Positions 26,037 to 39,020 of a DNA stretch of 64,000 bases are shown in pieces. Source of the stretch: Tubiluchus corallicola. Its lineage: Eukaryota; Animalia; Priapulida. Under the pieces are notes generated by a model. It made no database searches. It was not told the origin of the DNA and saw only the letters and a program-made list of their open reading frames with translations. The stretch covers positions 38,796 to 102,795 of the forward strand of contig JAQGDQ010000746.1 in assembly GCA_030141605.1 (NCBI GenBank). The letters are read 5' to 3'. Made by a program: the position numbers and the translations under genes. How positions within the stretch are numbered: the stretch's first letter is position 1; every line of letters begins with the position of its first letter.

Positions 26037-26328
26037 TCCATAATTTAGGCCATTTAATAATACATGTACTTATACTCGCGTATGTATGACATACATGTAT
26101 TTGTATAACAACATTTTATGAGCCCATATACTTCTAGATCTCATGTGAGAGCAAGGTTCAGTGGTAATCATGCCCTCGTCTGGCATGTCTTTGCTCATGT
26201 TTTACGTATTCTAGTCAAACAGTCATGCTCAGGAACAACTGTATTGCTTTATTATTGCTCGCTAATAATTGTTACCCTATCGGCCCTTACAGAAGTGCTA
26301 ATAAATGATAGCCGTCTCGTGTAGAGAT

Positions 26329-26638
26329 TAGGGGTGAGCATCGAACGTTCGAGTTCGAACCCGATTCGAATCCAAAATTATGGATTCGAATAATTCAACA
26401 CTTCAATCACACATGTTCTTTATCACTAAAACGATTGAAACATCATGCAATTAGTATAATTTAGCTGTGATTTCTGTGCACAATTTTAAACAAATTACTA
26501 GTCGTTTTATTGCAGAACAAAATCTAGTGATATGCATGATCTTTGTAAGACTAATTTTTACTGGTGGTTCGAAAACTTGTTCGAAAATATTTCAATCTCA
26601 ATTCGAATTCGGTTTCCGGTAGAGAATGCTCACCCCTA
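26329..26638. mobile_element. hAT-type MITE, family A copy 2
   Basis: Same TIR and interior as 504-881 with shortened subterminal blocks; 8-bp TSD GTAGAGAT. Confidence 0.92.
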
Positions 26639-27680
26639 GTAGAGATGCTGTGAAGCATGCATTAATTAGTTTTATAGCTAAATGTACCTTCATTTGATTT
26701 GGGGTATTACCGAAAGAGTGTTAACATTATTTTTATAAACTATTTAAACTATACCTGTACGTAAATTAAGAAAGTACACTGAACTCAGTTAATGTCGTGT
26801 CGCTAGAGTAGTCGCTGGGTTGTTTTGGTGACAACCAACAACCGACATTGGCAGGTTTATTAGAGCTATTTTTGAAGTTGCAATGTTTGTGTTAAACAGA
26901 TGAAACCAATGGATGAAAGCATAGTTTAACTTTGCTGTCTGTGTTTTACTCAAAATCATAGCCTCATAGTCAATCCACATATACACAACAATGGTAAACA
27001 TAATTAACAGTAGTAAGGTCAATCCATCAACCATAATATCATGGCATCTGAGTCAAAATGTTGCTTTTCTTCTAATGTTACTACCAAGTGTAAAAAACCT
27101 ATTACATTCACAGCAAGCCAAGTAACCCAGTGATATACAAACGCAGTGGCAAATACATAGATATACTGAAAACTTAAAAGTGTACTAACAGATGTCAGCA
27201 CTGACTTAATGGTAACGAAGAATTAAAGTTTAAAACAACAAATGATAATTGGTATTAAACTGTAAATTAAATGCTCGCATCTGTGACAGTTAGTCCTGAA
27301 TTTTTGTAGTTTCTATGCAAAAATAAAGGCGACACGTTTAATTATAAAAAAACTAAGCCGCTGTCAGTTTTTTCCTATGAGTACATGTTATAATCTATTA
27401 ATCTTACAAGAAAATGAGATGATTGTTGTAGTGGTGGCGGCGGCGGTGGCGATGACACGGCGACAGTTTAGTTAACTACTGAGAGACAAAGTGAAAGCTC
27501 TATTGTATTCTCTTTCATGCTCGACTTCACCTCTTTTACTCTTTATTCTTACTTTATTCGTCTCCTTCTCTTTCAATCACTTCTCGGATATTATTTCTTA
27601 GAACATGAATTTTAGTGAAATACGTTGATAATTAAATTTTGCATACACTGGCACAGTTTAATTTGGACAGTCGTGTTTTT

Positions 27681-28953
27681 ATAGATCTACGTTCTGTGAT
27701 TGAACTGAAAGTGACGATGAGGTTGAGACCAGAGATAATACCGGATAAGACCATAGATCTACGTTCTGTGATTGAACTGAAAGTGACGATGAGGTTGAGA
27801 CCAGAGATAATACCGGATAAGACCATAGATCTACGTTCTGTGATTGGATTAAAAGTTACGGTGAGGTTGAGACCAGAGATAATACCGGATAAGACCATAG
27901 ATCTACGTTCTGTGATTGGATTGAAAGTTACGGTGAGGTTGAGACCAGAGATAATACCGGATAAGACCATAGATCTACGTTCTGTGATTGAACTGAAAGT
28001 TACGGTGAGGCTGAGACCAGAGATAATACCGGATAAGACCATAGATCTACGTTCTGTGATTGAACTGAAAGTTACGGTGAGGTTGAGACCAGAGATAATA
28101 CCGGATAAGACCATAGATATACGTTCTGTGATTGAACTAAAAGTTACAGTGAGGCTGAGACCAGAGATAATACTGGATAAGACCATAGTAACGTGAGGCT
28201 AAGACCAGAGATAATACTGGATAAGACCATAGTCACGGTGAGGCTAAGACCAGAGATAATACTGGATAAGACCATAGTAACGGTGAGGCTAAGACCAGAG
28301 ATAATACTAGATAAGACCATAGTAATGGTGAGGCTAAGACCAGAGATAATACTGGATAAGACCATAGTAACGGTGAGGCTAAGACCAGAGATAATACCAG
28401 ATAAGACCTTAGTTACGGTGAGGCTAAGACCAGAGATAATACCGGATAAGACCATAGTTACGATGAGGCTAAGGCTAGAGATAATACCGGATAAGACCAT
28501 AGTTACGGTGAGGCTAAGACCAGAGATAATACCAGATAAGACCATAGTTACGGTGAGGCTAAGACCAGAGATAATACCAGATAAGACCTTAGTTACGGTG
28601 AGGCTAAGACCAGAGATAATACCGGATAAGACCATAGTTACGATGAGGCTAAGGCTAGAGATAATACCGGATAAGACCTTAGTTACGGTGAGGTTGAGAC
28701 CAGAGATAATACCAGATAAGACCATAGTTATGGTGAGGCTAAGACCAGAGATAATACCGGATAAAACCTTAGTTACGGTAGGCTAAGACCAGAGATAATA
28801 CCGGATAAGACCATAGTTATGATGAGGCTAAGGCTAGAGATAATACCAGATAAGACCATAGTTACGGTGAGGCTAAGACCAGAGATAATACCAGATAAGA
28901 CCTTAGTTACGGTGAGGCTAAGACCAGAGATAATACCGGATAAGACCATAGAT
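27681..28953. repeat. Compound minisatellite: 66-bp units (~7) then 45-bp derivative units (~17)
   Basis: Both share GTGAGG(T/C)T(G/A)AGACCAGAGATAATACCGGATAAGACCATAG; the switch is at ~28185. Confidence 0.95.
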
Positions 28954-29112
28954 GAAAAGCCAAATCTCGACACGCACTAGAAAACATCGATGAAAAACGA
29001 ATGTCTTTAATATTGTTTCTGTATTATTATAGATGATATTTCTATTATATCCAAATTAGTAAAAATCAGGTCCGAATGCCTAGTGTATTTATCATCTTTT
29101 TCGGATTTGTTA

Positions 29113-29330
29113 GTACGGATGGCCGAGTGGTTAAGGTGACAGCCTGCCGGTGCTTCTCTGCTTGCAGCCCGAGTTCGAATCTCACGACCACCTGTATTGA
29201 CACAAACAGTTGTTATCTGTGTTATTTATTTGTAACGTCTCAGTGTTGCTGTATTCGTTAAGAGTCGCTTATAGTAGCCAATGGCTAATGTTGTTTGTTG
29301 TCCCAGCGACTGTAAAAAAGTGTATTTGTC
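29113..29330 (+). mobile_element. tRNA-derived SINE-like element
   Basis: A box TGGCCGAGTGG and B box GAGTTCGAATC without a full cloverleaf; 3' limit uncertain. Confidence 0.6.
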
Positions 29331-29440
29331 CTTTTGTCTTTTTTAGTTTTAATAATGAGCTCTAAATTTCGGTTCCGCCCCAATATTTTTCCCCAATTTA
29401 TTTTTCTTTCCTAATAATTATTCAATATCTCACTTATTTC

Positions 29441-29843
29441 CAGGGGCGTATTAACCAATGAGGTAACCAGGCTACAACCTAGGGCACCAAATTCTGAGGG
29501 GCGCTACATTTTAGAAAAAAATCTTATTGACTTCGGAAAATGTGTATACTTTCATATTCATGTAAAATTCACATTTCATAACACACCACAGGCAGTTACT
29601 GATGTGGTATTTATATGAGCACCGCACAACAAGCAGTTGCGCAGCTTTCTTGCATATAAGCCCTATGCAAATATGTATATGTAATTAATAATGACCACGT
29701 AGAAACTACGTTAATAGTGTTTCTAATACACCACAAGTAATTGTTTGATCTATTCATTACATAAACAACCATAAGTTGACAATAGAGATGGGTGGGACAG
29801 AACTATCAGCCTATGGTGTCGTAAAGTCTTGGATACGCCCCTT
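29441..29843. mobile_element. Old hAT-like MITE
   Basis: CAGGGGCGTAT...ATACGCCCCTTG inverted ends; no clear TSD. Confidence 0.55.
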
Positions 29844-30302
29844 GTCGTCAGTACTAAGCTACTGTATGAGACGATAAGCTACTCCACTTTGTTTGACACA
29901 AATTCGCAAAAATACAATATTTGTCAATGTTTTATTATTATATAGTAGCCTTTAACCATAAAATACACATATTACATATAATGTATACATACAGTAAAAC
30001 AAATAAAGTTTTGTTTTAATTAATTAGTTAGTTAAATTAGTAACTGTACACTTATCAGTGAGTGCATATTCATGTGATATGATTACTCAGTGTGTTATTT
30101 CTTTTCAATTTCTAGGTATAAGTAATTATTATAATTTTCTAAACTAAAAACGTATTCTGGATGTATTTTCACATTTAATAGTGGCAAAACGACATCTACA
30201 TTTCTTGTTCAGCAGAGTTGTTCGTATTTGCTTCGGAGGTTCTACAAGGTGTAACACAGTCTAGGAGGGCACAAAAAACAACAAGTAACAATAGTACCAA
30301 AG

Positions 30303-30944
30303 TATTGTTGAAACAACGCAGAATCTATTGTTGAAACAACGTAGAATCTATTGTTGACAAACGTCGAATCTATTGTTGAAACAACGTAGTATCCATTGTT
30401 GAAACAACGCAGAATCTATTGTTGAAACAACGCAGAATCTATTGTTGAAACAACGTAGAATCTATTGTTGAAACAACGTAGAATCTATTGTTGAAACAAC
30501 GCAGAATCTATTGTTGAAACAACGTAGAATCTATTGTTGAAACAACGCAGAATCTATTGTCGAAACAACGTAGAATCCATTGTCGAAACAACGCAGAATC
30601 TATTGTTGAAACAATGTAGAATCTATTGTTGAAACAACGTAGAACCTATTGTTGAAACAACGTAGAATCTATTGTTGAAACAACGCAGAATCTATTGTTG
30701 AAACAACGTAGAATCTATTGTTGAAACAACGTAGAATCTATTGTCGAAACAACGTAGAATCCATTGTCGAAACAACGCAGAATCTATTGTTGAAACAATG
30801 TAGAATCTATTGTTGAAACAACGTAGAACCTATTGTTGAAACAACGTAGAATCTATTGTTGAAACAACGCAGAATCTATTGTTGAAACAACGTAGAATCT
30901 ATTGTCGAAACAACGTAGAATCCATTGTCGAAACAACGCAGAAT
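30303..30944. repeat. 23-bp minisatellite, ~28 copies
   Basis: Unit TATTGTTGAAACAACGTAGAATC with internal GTTG-AAA-CAAC inverted repeat. Confidence 0.95.
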
Positions 30945-31490
30945 TAGGTAATTCAAATGTGTCTTGGTAACTCAAATGTAGACTTAGGTAGTTCAAATGT
31001 GTTAACAATGGTTTTCAAGAAATCTTAAGCGTTTTTGGTAAGTCAAATGTAGACACATGTCAAGTCAAATGTGACATTAGTATCTCAAATGTGGATAGGT
31101 GGTAAAGCTTAAGGATGTTAAATTTAATCTTCTTTAATTTCAATTTAATAATTGCTCTTAAGTTAAAATAACAACGTTATAGGCCTACTAATAGTTCACT
31201 AATATTCTGCAAACTTTACACACCATTGGAACTGTTAGAGAAAACAATACATTCTTAAAATAAACAATGTTTCTTGAGATAAACTAATTCATTAATGCAG
31301 TGCTAAATGCATTACTTAAAAAACTAATTAGTGATTCACTGTTCATTGGGAAGTGAGAACCGAATTATTCTTTTCTGCCGACATTTTTTGTAAAAGGTTG
31401 ACAAATAAAATGTAGAATTCTAAGTCTACATTTGACTTACCTAAGCCACATTTGAACTTTCCCCTGTCTACATTTGACGTGTAAAACCTA
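30945..31490. mobile_element. Left-truncated copy of the 37473 MITE
   Basis: 30945-31192 aligns with 37520-37768; ends CATTTGACGTGTAAAACCTATA. Confidence 0.78.
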
Positions 31491-32492
31491 TATAATACAT
31501 GGCTTGATAATTTCCATACAATTCCCACAGAAATCGCAATAGTTTGGCTGAAGCCATTTTCTACACTGCTCTTTATTGTGGGTTGCGAGTAATAGATATT
31601 TTTAGTTGCTTATTACATATGGTGGACGTATTTCTATATTGTTTTTATTACACTGGTCCCTCTTTTTCATGTCCATAGAGCAGTTTTCTTTGGCTTCTTA
31701 AAACAGCGCGCTGCGTTTAAATCTTGTTAAACGCTCTTCTGTTTGGGTAATTTCACATTTTTTTAAATTCCATTTAATTTTGTACATCTGACTTAATTTT
31801 ATCACAAATTTGGTAGCTCTTTGCAACATTTTTCAAAACATAGACTAAAATATGTTTCAAAATATTCTAATTTTCGATGATGGAATTGGATCTTAAACAG
31901 TCCATTGTTCCAGCAAAAGCCAATTAATCACTTTACATCGTCAGGCAGGTATTTATATAAATAAAATAGATGCATATTTTATTCATTATTATATAATATT
32001 TTTATATACACAACTAAATAATCACTAGAAGAGATTGACGCATGCAAGACGAAAGTCATCGCGTCTTTTACAATTAATTCTGAAAATAGCAGATTACTCG
32101 TGAGATTTAGTCTATAGATTAGGGGATTGTAGTAAATTCCTGAGTGCATGATGTAAATCCATCCGCAATGACGTAAGCATCTACGCTATTTTTGTTACGA
32201 CATAAAAAGTAGATTAATACGATCGAAACAGGTACAATTTTAGTTTCCGTATCATATTCGCAAATTCATGTTGAGAACTTCAGCCACATTCGTAAGTAAT
32301 ACATCTATTTCTGCTCTAGGAAAAGCATCGTATAGGTTAGCTCTGTAATAACATAATTTATTTATTTCATTTAAAGTTTTAGATTCGTCAAATGTATAGA
32401 TATTTTAGCGTTTAGGGATAGGGATATAAGTTGAAGTATCAGATCTGATATGCTGATTTTCAGTTTGTATTAGGAGCAAGTTTTAAGCTGAG

Positions 32493-32554
32493 TCAAGCAG
32501 ACCTCTCCAGTCGTCTCCTTCCTCCTAATGGACACAGTTTAAAGTGACAGGGAC
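32493..32554 (-). CDS. CNMamide-like neuropeptide precursor, exon 3 (PCHFKLCPLG-GRRR)
   Basis: Strong polypyrimidine acceptor tttttctctttctgtttcag|GT, phase 1; (R)PCHFKLCPLGGRRRLERSA*; Cys-x4-Cys ring plus G-RRR amidation/cleavage signal. Confidence 0.85.
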
Positions 32555-32679
32555 CTGAAACAGAAAGAGAAAAAAATGAATGATCTTCCAGATATCTAAA
32601 TGTTGATACAATGTGTAAAAAACTTTGTAGCTGACAGCATAGAAGTATTGAATTTGTAGAGAGCTTCATGTATATTAAA

Positions 32680-33168
32680 CAATAATACAGTAATATAACA
32701 CAACAACACAGTAATAATGCAGTAATATAACACAAGAACACAGTAATAATATAGTAATATAACACAACAACACAGTAATAATACAGTAATGTAACACAAG
32801 AACACAGTAATAATACAGTAATATAACACAACAACACAGTAATATAACACAACAACACAGTAATAATACAGTAATATAACACAACAACACAGTAATAATA
32901 CAGTAATATAACATAACGTCACAGTAATATAACACAACCACGCAGTAATGATACAGTAATATAACATAACAACACAGTAATAATACAGTAATATAACACA
33001 ACAGCACAGTAATAATACAGTAATATAACACAACAACACAGTAATAATACAGTAATATAACACAACAACACAGTAACAATACAGTAATATAACACAACAA
33101 CACAGTAATAATACAGTAATATAACACAACAACACAGTAATATAACACAACAACACAGTAATATAACT
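32680..33168. repeat. 21/31-bp AT-rich minisatellite
   Basis: Units CAGTAATATAACACAACAACA with or without CAGTAATAATA. Confidence 0.9.
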
Positions 33169-33847
33169 CGGAATGCTGTGACATTTTACATTTTTCGTCT
33201 GCATATTTTGCACATCACGAGAGTAACATATATTGATAACTTATTTTCTTGTTTTATTCACTGCTTTATTTCTTTGGTAATTTCGTACACAGAAATAAAT
33301 TCATCGTTGGCAGTTTAGAATTACATAACCTCTGAGAATAAAAGCCGCACAATTAAAGTAGGAAGCTGCAGCCCGCAGTAATCAGACTAAAATGGCGTCA
33401 ATTCTAAATTAAGGTTTTTCCACAGAATGAAGGTTTTATCGCAACATAAATTGACTCAAAACAAATGAAATACCTGCGTTAAAAGACAAATTAAAATCTC
33501 GAGCACACATCCCTGCCGGTGCTCTCACCCCTCTCCCATCCCCAAAAACGTTTTTATAAAACTATAAACTGCTAATTTTATTTTCGGTTTTAACAATGAT
33601 TTTGCAAACTAAAAAACAAAAGTTTATCGTCAATGATCACGTGACTTGAAAATTCATAGATGATGAAAATATCAGAATGAGATAAAACAGAGCGATTTTA
33701 TACTTCATACAAATTTCAATTTCAGACATATAAGATCCTTTGCATATATTTTCCTTGGAAATTTTGTCCCTAGTTTAATCAGGTCAAGTGCTGACGCCTG
33801 TTAAATACCTATAGCTAGTCTTCAAGAACGCATGTAAGTTTCATGTA

Positions 33848-34206
<359 letters not shown>

Positions 34207-34367
34207 CTTGTCGTAGCCGTAGCAGTACCAGTAGCAGTTACAGTTTTATAAAGCTGTAAGATACAGTACCGCCTAGTTTGTTTAATGGTAACACAGGCAT
34301 CGCTTGCCTCCTGTAAATGATCTAATATTTCAGATTGTAGCCAAGAGCAAAAACTGATCATGCTTAC

Positions 34368-34497
34368 GTAATCGATCATTGTCTGATAGCCTGGATAGCG
34401 TCGAGGTTCCAAGGTTTCTCCTGTCTACTGATGGTCCCCGGTTTCGTCTCTGTAACTCCTGTAGAAGATTTTCCCACGTTTCGTCTGCGCTGGAATC
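34368..34497 (-). CDS. CNMamide-like neuropeptide precursor, exon 2
   Basis: ttttccag|DSSADETWENLLQELQRRNRGPSVDRRNLGTSTLSRLSDNDRL+C|GTAAGC; acidic spacer, two RR sites, phase 0/1. Confidence 0.8.
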
Positions 34498-34861
34498 CTG
34501 GAAAATCATAATATAATCGCTCATTAAATTAATTAACAAATTACTAATTAGCAGAATGATTAACAAATTAATTTGAAGTTCGTCTAATTATTGATCTCTC
34601 TGGTGATTTATTTCATTTTCTGTAGGTCAGAGTATGGAGCCTCAAGGCCCACACCAATATTTACTTGCACGTGTAACGGGTGGACCAAAAAATTGCGATT
34701 TTGCTTTTCTTGACCAGTTTGGGTTTCCTAAAAATCTGTGTGCAGATTAAAGAAAGCTGAGTTGCTAAGTGACGTCACTAATATATGCTTTCTTGACCAG
34801 TTTGGGTTTCCTAAAAATCTGTGTGTAGATTAAAGGAAGCTGAGTTGCTAAGTGACGTCAC

Positions 34862-34975
34862 CAGGGCCTAGTTCAAGGGGGGGGGTCTGGAAGTGGGGAT
34901 ACTTCCCCAGGGCCTCACCCTCTAGGGGGGCCTCGCGTTTTTTTTTGCTTTATGCGAACCTACCGCCTCTTCTCG

Positions 34976-35073
<98 letters not shown>

Positions 35074-35220
35074 GTTGCCGTACGCACGCCGTTTGCCAGT
35101 ATTGACAAGTATTAAGTAGTAACCATGGTAGCGCCCCCCCCCCGTGCTTTTTAACCCTCCCCCCATGGGGCCTCACACGCCCCACTTTCCTGGGCCTCGC
35201 CTAGGCTGAAATAGGCCCTG
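34862..35220. mobile_element. hAT-type MITE with internal (CT)n
   Basis: TIR CAGGGCCTA...TAGGCCCTG, 8-bp TSD GACGTCAC (34854-34861, 35221-35228). Confidence 0.9.
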
Positions 35221-36110
35221 GACGTCACTAATACGCTTTATATTAATTGTTCGTCTTTTACATCACCGGTTGCATTTACTGACCAGGCTCAGCGCTGCTT
35301 AACTTTTGCGGAATTTATTTGTTCGTCTCTTCAGATATGATGCAAAAATAATGACGGTACGTCGTGTTGCATTTTCATAAAGGTAGCCAGGAAATTACGA
35401 GGTTAAAACTTAAAAAAAATTAGAATTGTGAATTTTTTTAAAAGTTTAATGTTGCAGGTCAATAGACTACAAAATATTTCTTATGTAAGATGGCAAACCT
35501 ATCCTAGAATGTGCTTTGTTTGCCCCCCCCCCCACAACCACGTGTTTATTGATCATATTTAAATGCTTGGAAGGAAATTTAGCATTTACACGACGCATTT
35601 AGCATTTGCACGACACATTTAGCATTTACACAACACATTTGTTGATTCACTTACGTAACTTGTTATCTGTTTTGAGCCTAATTTAACTGCGTAATTTTCT
35701 ATGCAAGACGGCCTTACATAATGCGCAATTTACTCAACAAATTCGTGAGACAATTTTCACAGTTTGAAAAACCTTTATACGAATAAAATCACAGAACGAA
35801 AATTTATCTGATACGACGAGTGAGTTTGAGGAAATTTGTTACCGGCTGTGCTCAAATATTGATTCCGGCTAACCACCTTATTGTTAATAACGTTTAAATA
35901 AACAAACATGATATGAACAGATTTCAAAATAAACTCTCCTGGAAGAAAACTGGAAACAATGTTATAACGTTCTAAATATGACGTCATTTTCAAAAATAAA
36001 AGAAACAAGAAGAACTTGTGTTGTTGTTAAAAGACAAAAAGAATAAGACGAGATTTATTTATCGTGGCCCATTTAATAGACAACACTAATGACTATTTAG
36101 CGACTTACAC

Positions 36111-36566
36111 TTGTCGTCTGATCACCGAAGTTAAGCAACGCAGAGCCTGGTTAGTACTTGGATGGGTCACCGCCTAGGAATACCAGGTGCTGTAGGCTTG
36201 CGGGATGGCCACACTGTATCTCGACACTAGGCGGAGGAGCTACACAAGCAGCCAACGGCTAGAGGGCGGAGGAGGTCAAGTGATCCATTGGCCATGTGTA
36301 GAGGAGTAAACCTTCCAAATCAGGAGTGGAGCCCCGAAGGCGGACCAGTGCAGCATGCTCACTGACTCCGGCAGCTCCTGCAGCCAACCTGGTGCCAAAC
36401 GTATCGCTCCGCTTTCCTTTGGACTACACCAGCGAGGAAGAGAGGGGGTTCCTGTTGTCTGGGCAACTCAGGATCTCCATACACCTTGCCCAGGCGTGCA
36501 CCCTGGAGACGTTCAAGGATCGGACTCTCTTGGCGCACATTCCATTGTCTTCCGAGACAGAAGGAT

Positions 36567-36606
<40 letters not shown>

Positions 36607-36612
36607 GCAACA
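36111..36612 (+). mobile_element. 5S rRNA-derived SINE (SINE3-type), 5'-truncated, (ACA)n tail
   Basis: 36113-36199 matches the 3' two-thirds of 5S rRNA (GATCACCGAAGTTAAGC...GGTTAGTACTTGGATGGG...GGTGCTGTAGGCTT), then a ~370-bp GC-rich body and (ACA)n; possible TSD ACTTACA. Confidence 0.82.
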
Positions 36613-37472
36613 CTTACAAGAATATAGATAAGGACGAAACGCATACAGCGAATAACATCTAGGGTTGATCTTACACGCGCTGGCAACCGCCAGAATCGAA
36701 CTCAAGACTGAGTGCTTGCAGTCCCAAATCAAAACCGCTCGGCTAGACAAATCCGGATGAAAATTTATCTGCTTACAAAACAGCGGAAAACAATATTTTG
36801 TCTAGCGAAAATGTTGGTTAAACTTCTGCTATGCTGTAATATACCTTTTAGATGTACCCTGTTAAAGAGTTAGTTACTTCCTGTATAAGTTGTTACAGAG
36901 TTTACCTTTTCCGCTCCGGGTAAGTGCCCTTTTCTTACATCTCTCCTACATTTTTGTAGCTTTGAAATGCAATTTACATTTTCTTAGTGAAATGCTGTTT
37001 AATGTTATTTATTTTTGCAAATTTTTATATTGAACTCTATTTTTTTAGATTTAATAGATTTATTTGGCAATAAACATATACATATACATTACATGTGCAT
37101 CGATAATCAGTTTTTGTTAATACAAAATTATGATACAATTCATGAATTCTGTGCTGGAGACCTAAGAAGCTAGCTTATGGTAGGCCACTAGAATTAGTTA
37201 CGAAAAATCTTACAATATATACAGATACAATATTACAATTTGTACAAATATAAATACGGGTGGGAAGTAATAAAAATATTATTATACTAGAGGGGAAGTT
37301 TTTGAAAATGAAAAACAACAAATCATGATTGAGTGATCAGTTATATGTTTCAAGTAAGTTTAATTTATAATTTTTTTTTTTAATATGGACAGCGAGTTGG
37401 CATTTTTAATAGCTGGAGCAATTGAATTCCGTATGTAAGGGCCATGTGTTTATGCATGTGTGTGTACATGTA

Positions 37473-38089
37473 TAGGTTTTACATGTCAAATGCAGACCTG
37501 CGTTAACTCAAATGTAGATTTAGGTAATTAAAATGTGTCTTGGTAACTCAAATGTAGACGTAGGTAGTTCAAATGTGTTAACAATGGTTTTCAAGAAATC
37601 TTAAGCGTTTATGGTAAGTGAAATGTAGACACATGTCAAGTCAAATGTGACATTAGTATCTCAAATGTGGACAGGTGTTAAAGTTTAAGGATATTAAATT
37701 TAATCTTCTTTAATTTCAATTTAATAATTGCTCCTAAGTCAAAATAACAACGTTATAGGCCTACTAATAGATGCACTATCTTTGGTTTATCTTTTTCTAA
37801 TTTGCACTTAAATAACTTAATTACCGATTTATTCAAAGTAATGCATCTAAATTTGACTTACCTAAGTCACATTTGAGTTACCAAAACACATTCGAAATTC
37901 CTGTCTACATTTGACTTACCTAAGTCACATTTGAGTTACCAAAACACATTCGAAATTCCTATGTCTACATTTGACTTACCTAAGTCACATTTGAGTTACC
38001 AAAACACATTCGAAATTCCTGTGTCTACATTTGACTTACCTAAGTCACATTTGAACTTTCCTGTGTCTACATTTGACGTGTAAAACCTA
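37473..38089. mobile_element. TA-flanked MITE with arrays of CAAATGT in long imperfect inverted arms
   Basis: TATAGGTTTTACA(T/C)GTCAAATG ... CATTTGACGTGTAAAACCTATA; ~61-bp internal tandem repeat at 37850-38075. Confidence 0.8.
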
Positions 38090-38466
38090 TATAAGCTGAC
38101 TAAAATGAAATATAAAATAGTTGTGCCTTCATTTTCTTAACAGGTAAACATGGATTACGGGTTTCGTTTCTTAATGTAGCCTGAATGTAGCCATGAACCT
38201 CATTGTCTCTGTAACTCAATCTCTTCTCGTTCTATGTTTGCAAAAGCTTAATTATATTCAATTCCAGCTTGCTCTTTGATACCGGATTAGTGAGGGCGTC
38301 TGATCAGAGGCAAGAACCAATGTTATTAGCTCCTCTGAATGGGAGACGAACAGAGGTAAGATCGGGTTGAATATTCAAGCGGTGATAATGAATTCTCCTC
38401 TTTTCCACAATGTTGAAATGGCGGCCCTCGCTCGTCCATTGCTAATTATTATTAAGGCGTCTGACG

Positions 38467-38582
38467 AATTCGTGTTTCTGACGCATGCGCAGAAGAACAT
38501 CGTAAAATTCGTGTTTCTGACACATGCGCAGAAGAACATCGTAAAATTCGTGTTTCTGACGCATGCGCAGAAGAACATCGTA
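38467..38582. repeat. 39-bp repeat, 3 copies, plus a further copy at ~39060
   Basis: Unit AATTCGTGTTTCTGACGCATGCGCAGAAGAACATCGTAA. Confidence 0.88.
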
Positions 38583-39020
38583 GGACAAATACCCACTATG
38601 GAACGAACTCTGTAATCAAACAAGCAATTCTACTTTGGAATTCTCTACCATTACAGGTTAAACAAATCAAGTCCCTATCGGCATTTAAAACAAAATTAAA
38701 ATCACTAATATTAACCAGATATGAAATACCATCACACCAGCACGACAACATACACACTAATTCAGAATTCATATATCCACGGCCATATTAATTAAATCAT
38801 AGTTTTTTTCATTTTTTGTGCATAGTTGTAAATACGTTTGATTTTATTCGTCGTTACTTTTCATTACTGCACTGTAGTTTAGATTGCACTGACGCATTTG
38901 CCTTTAGCAGTGTAAGTTTTTATTAACTAACACTGATTGATCATCTCTGTAAAGTTTTTATCAGTGATTATCAGTGTATTTTAATGGCAAATAAAGATTA
39001 TTATATATATATATATATAT
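38582..39020 (+). mobile_element. CR1/L2-like LINE 3' remnant
   Basis: Remnant AILLWNSLPLQVKQIKSLSAFKTKLK, 3' stem-loop TGCACTG...CAGTGTA, AATAAA then (TA)n. Confidence 0.6.

Noticed and set aside
27632-28973. Repeat proteins on both strands
   Set aside because: Satellite with unit lengths divisible by 3 and a frameshift at ~28190.
29113-29192. tRNA gene (also 44960-45030)
   Set aside because: A and B boxes are present but acceptor and anticodon stems do not pair convincingly; better explained as SINE heads.
30303-30944. CRISPR-like appearance (GTTGAAAC, palindromic repeats)
   Set aside because: Units are contiguous with no unique spacers, no cas genes, eukaryotic context.
32493-32554. Calling the peptide gene an oxytocin/vasopressin orthologue
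   Set aside because: The peptide is at the precursor C-terminus, is not directly after the signal peptide, has no neurophysin, and its ring matches CNMamide.
36113-36199. Functional 5S rRNA gene
   Set aside because: The 5' ~30 nt are missing, there is no oligo-T terminator, and it continues into a SINE body.
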